Below, piece by piece: positions 36,133 through 40,617 of a DNA stretch of 40,617 bases; position 1 is the first letter of the stretch; each line of letters opens with the position of its first letter. Source of the DNA: Eremomyces bilateralis CBS 781.70. Lineage: Eukaryota. Location: NCBI GenBank assembly GCA_010015585.1, contig ML975151.1; one strand, written 5' to 3'. The translations under genes were made by a program, and so were the position numbers. The notes beneath the pieces were generated by a model. It worked only from the letters and a program-made list of their open reading frames with translations, was not told where the DNA came from and did not search any database.

Positions 36133-38017
36133 CTACCGATCGAAGTTCTCCAACCCCATGCCATCCGCAATCTTCTTGATGAGTACCTTCTTTAGGAACT
36201 GTTCCCGAGCCAAGCTTCGCGTTTGCTGAGCATGGACCGTTAGCCACGTGGCACCCCAGGAGATGAAGAAATCGCCACACACTTACCTTGATGAACAGAT
36301 CAACACTGACTCTCCCGGCATCCAATGCACGGCTCAGCACGGCCCTCGCCTCATCCAGCGCGCTATCCTCGGCGCAAAGATTGTACAGCTGCCCACCCAC
36401 GACGGTCGGAGCGACTAATACGTGGTCGATTTCCGGCGGCGGCTTCCGCTTCGCGTCTTCCATAACACGGTCGGCCTCTCTCATCGCATCTCGCAGGATC
36501 TGCTCGTTCGATGATAGCGCCGCATCTAGCTGCTGTAGCTGATCGAGCTCGCCCTGGAGCCTCGCTTGCGCTTCCAGGAGGGCGGTCTGCTGCGCTTGCA
36601 GCGGGGGAATGGCGGAGGCATTGGAAGCGATGGTCTGGTTGATTTGGGAGACGAGGGCTTGGGAGATGGCGCGGAGGAGGGAGTCCTTTTCGGGGTTGGG
36701 TGGGATTGGAGGGGCGGGCGTATTATCCGGCTGCTCACCCTTTTGCGAGGGCAATGTAACGTCCAAAGGGGATGAAAGAAGATCAACTGAGGGCTTTAGT
36801 TGGGGTGCGATTTGAGGAGGCGGTTGCGCCCATTGCATCCCAGGCTGGGGAGCAGTCGTATATTGTGGTACTCCGTGAGGAGGCAGAGGAGCGATGGGAG
36901 GATGTTGCTGCCTAGCTGCGGGTGGAATACGACCAGGGTAGTGGTCACCTGGTGATAGTGGACTTATTGGGCTGGATAGATCAGTGGGTGCAGGACCGTA
37001 TGCCGGGCGAGGCGGCTGTCCTGGATGAGGTACCGGACGCCCACCCATAGATTTCTGGGCGGTATACGGAGCCGCATTCGTACGATTGAAATGTTGAGGC
37101 TGGGCACCTGAGATACGGGCATCGTGAGGTAACGGAGGCAGAGGGGGTGGAGGACCGTATCGTGAAGATCTTGGTGGGGGTTCTTGGATCGTTTCACCAG
37201 GTTTGGGAGGCTTCGGTGGAGGTTGCGGCGGTGTGGATATAGATCCCTGGGGTCCGGCACCTGCAGTAGTCACGGGGCTCTGGCGCAATTCCGCCGGAGG
37301 AGGCGGTACTGGAGGAGGGGGAGGATTTGAGGATGCTACAGGCGGGTATTGTTGCTGCTGTCTTGAAATGACAGGGGGTTCTTTTGCGAAAACACCGCGT
37401 AGTATGCCCAAGAAATCCATTAGGCTTGACCTCTGTAAGAAGTTAGCTTGAATCCGGTTTCGGGACTATGATATTGGTGACTAGAACGAAGTCCTAGTCT
37501 TTCATATTTAAATCGGAAGGCTTACCTCCCAATATTGTGCCCATTGAGCGAGGTACGGGTGGTAGATTCTCCCATCAACATCAACATGTTGTCCTCGCCT
37601 CACCGCCATATCGCCTGTTGGAGTAACATATGCGAACGGTGGCTCCCGAGGATAGGCGTAAGGCACCCATAACGCGACAGGAAACCTATACGTCGTCCCG
37701 CGGAAGAGAACCGGTAAGGTCCCGCTCACGAGGAGCAACACGGATGAAGAGCCATCTTCGAAAGCTGGGCGAGCATGTGAGTCTTAGAGCTCATACCATA
37801 GACTTTGGAAGGGACATCTTACTGTAGATTTCTGTCCGCGGAGTCAGGGAGGGATAGTGCGACAAGGTCTCCGCAACGTCGGAGTATGTTCGATTGGCAT
37901 CATGATATTTCTTGTAGAGATTAGCACGATGACCACACATACTGGTTAAAGCGTTTATCTTACACTCAGCAACACACTGTACAGCCAGTTTAGGACTTTA
38001 TCCGGTACGGCAGACAT
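36133..38017 (-). CDS. VPS23: ESCRT-I subunit Vps23/Stp22/TSG101
   Basis: Start MSAVPDKVLNWLYSVL. UEV domain (GTLPVLFRGTTYRFPVALWVPYAYPREPP, GRIYHPYL), Pro-rich linker and coiled coil. The last exon (36225-36133) gives the steadiness box TRSLAREQFLKK. Confidence 0.95.
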
Positions 38018-38832
38018 ACTCCGTTGCGTGATTGGCCTTATCTACCTAGATGGGAGGCCTGGCGATGGAAGAATTTGACGAGGTGCTTCATTTGGAGCGT
38101 CCAATGTTATTCAATTCTCGGCGGCGCGTTATGAAGTACCATTCAAGAGCCTCCATCAATCACTCATGAATTGTGGCGACCGCATATACGGACAAGTGAA
38201 CGGATGGGAGTCAACGACGTGCGAAGCCGGGATTCCACAACGGGAAGCGAAATGAAGCACCGCCAAAGGCCAGCGAATGGAAATCGTAACCAAAATCTGT
38301 CCGCAACAGGCTTCTCGCTATTCAGTGAAACTGATTGTCAATTCGTTAACAAGAAGCAGGCACTATTGTATTCGTTGGTCCGGAGATGCAGACAACACGA
38401 GCGACAGAATGGCAAAGACGTCAATCAAGGCCAAGTTTTGTTGCCTCAGGCCTCAACCCTATTCGCCGTCCAGATCGTGCCTTGCTTCTCCAAGTGACCG
38501 ACAACGCCCTCAGAAATAATTTAATTCTAGGGGGGTATAGGGATTATCTATGGCTATGAGATGCGAGTGCAGGGCTTTTGTATGTTGATGGCGAGGGGAT
38601 GATTCATTGCAGAACTATTTGGCATGCTCGGGCCGGTCAAGGCGCTTACATATAATGCCCTCAGCACCAGACTTTCAGATATTCGAATCAGTCCAGGTTC
38701 CATAAACGGCGTTCTTGCGTTGTACGGCCTTCAGGTTAATTTAATACCTGAAATGCTATTCTAAGAGCAATATGGACACACAATTCGGGCATCCTCCAAC
38801 CTCTACTGGAGCAATCCTATCCAAAACCCTGG

Positions 38833-40233
38833 CTAGTAGACACCAAGGACTTGATCCAAGACTTTGACCAAGGCAGCCATCTCGTCCACTATCATCGATT
38901 TAGCTGATGACCCTTCTGGCCTGCTTCGATGTACTCACCTGTGTTGTAATGGACAGCACTGACCCGAACAACACCCTCTGGTCCAGCATCAAGCATCTGC
39001 TCGACCAGCCGTTTAGAATAGAAATGACCCCAACGGAACCCGAAGCCAGAAATCGCCTCAACTGACTCCACAATTTCCTTCGAACTTCTTCCTTTGACGA
39101 TGAAGCTGATCGTGGGAAAGCGTATAGATGGGTCTGGCATCGTCTCACCGTAGATAGTGACACCTTCTTTGCTGGACAGGTAGTCAAGCAGAACACTTTG
39201 AAGCTTCCTTTCATGCTCCGCGATGCCATCGTACAGAGTCTGCCAGGAGTCACCTCCAAGATACTCCACTATGTGAGGGATGGATTGCGTAAGCTCGTAA
39301 TTCGATGCAGCCAGCCCGAGCTTGTACTCCAGGGTGTCTGTCGGATCGAAGAAATGTCCCAGGGACAGCAGGTCCTTCTGAGCTTCCCTGCTTGCATATA
39401 GCATCCCAATGTGCGGTCCGTAGACCTGAAATAATCAGCTTCCATTTGCCAAAAAGGGGCAGTCTCCTACCTTATACCACGAGAAGCAATAGAAGTCCAC
39501 CCCAAGGTCTCGGACATCAATACGCCTATGAGGCAGAAACGCGACACCATCGACACACAATCTTGCGCCTTGAACAGTATGAACCTTCTCGGCAATCGCT
39601 TTTATATCATGGATGGTTCCGAGAACGTTACTAGAGTGAGTACAGGAGACCAGTCTGGTCTTTGGAGTCAATAGAGCATCGAGTTGCTCCGCTTCGAGTT
39701 TTGGATTGGTGGAATTTGGGGGAGCCCACCACTTCAAAGTCAACTTCAAGCGGTCTGCAATCGAAATCCACGATGAAATATTGGCTTCGTGGTCGACCTT
39801 GGAGACGATCAACTCATCCCCGCTCTTGAACTCGAGTGCCTCCGACAGGTTCCGGAGCAGCTGAGTTGTCGATCCGCCAATTACTAGTTGGCATAAGCTG
39901 TTTGTTAATCTCATCTGACATCTGAATTTCGGTTACCGATCTCGTCAACATCGGCGTTGATGAAAGATGCCGCAGCACGATATCCATCCGTATACCGCTT
40001 GGTCGATTCCTGCCCGATGGCATACGTCGATCCCATCTGGACATTCGAACTCGACAGGTATTTGGAGATTCTGTCTATGTTACTCTGATCCTCTTTACCA
40101 TACGAGAGACGTCATACGAGTCTATGACCTCCCTAAGTACTTGACTTCCCCCAGCATTGTCCAGATAAGTCTGGCTGGCGCTAAGAGCGGGGAAGTGGCT
40201 ACGAACTTCGTCTATGTCGAAGGTTTGCACCAT
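38833..40233 (-). CDS. Class-V PLP-dependent enzyme, cysteine-desulfurase-like (no catalytic-loop Cys)
   Basis: Start MVQTFDIDEVRSHFPAL...YLDNAGGSQ. Motifs DHEANI, HSSNVLG, CVDGVAFLPHR, PLP lysine in FSWYK|VYGPH, VRVSAVHYNT. Last exon stop is at 38833. Confidence 0.9.
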
Positions 40234-40617
40234 TTTGGAGATCGTCGGTCCTGAATGATGATGAGATGTATGTGTATCAATAGATCTAATTTCAGATGAA
40301 TTTGAAGCATTAAATTTCTTTTTTGATCGGGATAGAAGCGATAGATCTTACTATCACGTCACGGTGGTCGATGTTTCCTGTCAGAGATCCGTGGCTATCC
40401 GCGCCCCTGGTTCGTCAGCTGAAGCTTACCTCATCCACACTGTGGACGGCGGCTCACTGGACGCTATATCCCTAATCTAGCGCCAACCTTCTAAACGATA
40501 ATGCGGTCTAAACGATAACTTAATACATACTCCGCGCTATGAAGTTTGTAGATACCAAATTTCCACCACCAGCACTACTATTCATCTCCAAATCGACATC
40601 GCCACGTAGGATCATGC

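Noticed and set aside
36002..36286. C-terminal extension of Vps23 in the ORF track
   Set aside because: Artefact of reading through intron 36286-36226; the spliced exon gives the canonical ending and a stop at 36133.
1..40617. Prokaryotic-type systems (CRISPR arrays, operons, defence islands)
   Set aside because: The sequence is an intron-containing fungal chromosome segment, and I saw no spaced direct-repeat array.

Overview
Eukaryotic DNA from a filamentous ascomycete (Pezizomycotina, judged from short GT-AG introns with CTRAC-type branch sites and from the gene content). The window is gene-dense, with about 18 protein-coding genes, most of them spliced, so the ORF track fragments them. 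I rebuilt the exon structures by hand and checked reading-frame phase. The right two-thirds is mostly housekeeping: DHA2 MFS transporter, Hsp20, WDR44-like WD40 protein, xylulokinase, KTI12, SET methyltransferase, FacB, Vps23 and a class-V PLP enzyme. The left third holds GEP4 plus the unusual genes: (1) an intronless secreted 817-aa protein built from five divergent 4-Cys modules separated by protease-site linkers, a probable lectin/effector polyprotein; (2) a membrane-anchored MpaB/DUF2236 heme oxygenase with no biosynthetic core gene in the window; (3) a DUF3431 protein; (4) a very divergent Tra2-like SR protein with frame-shifting alternative donors; (5) an N2227/CARNMT1-type SAM methyltransferase whose hidden first exon encodes a signal peptide and which ends in HSEL, so it appears ER-luminal. 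A ~300-bp element bounded by inverted repeats follows it. I recognised no rRNA, tRNA or CRISPR array. Family assignments come from motif recognition, not from database searches.
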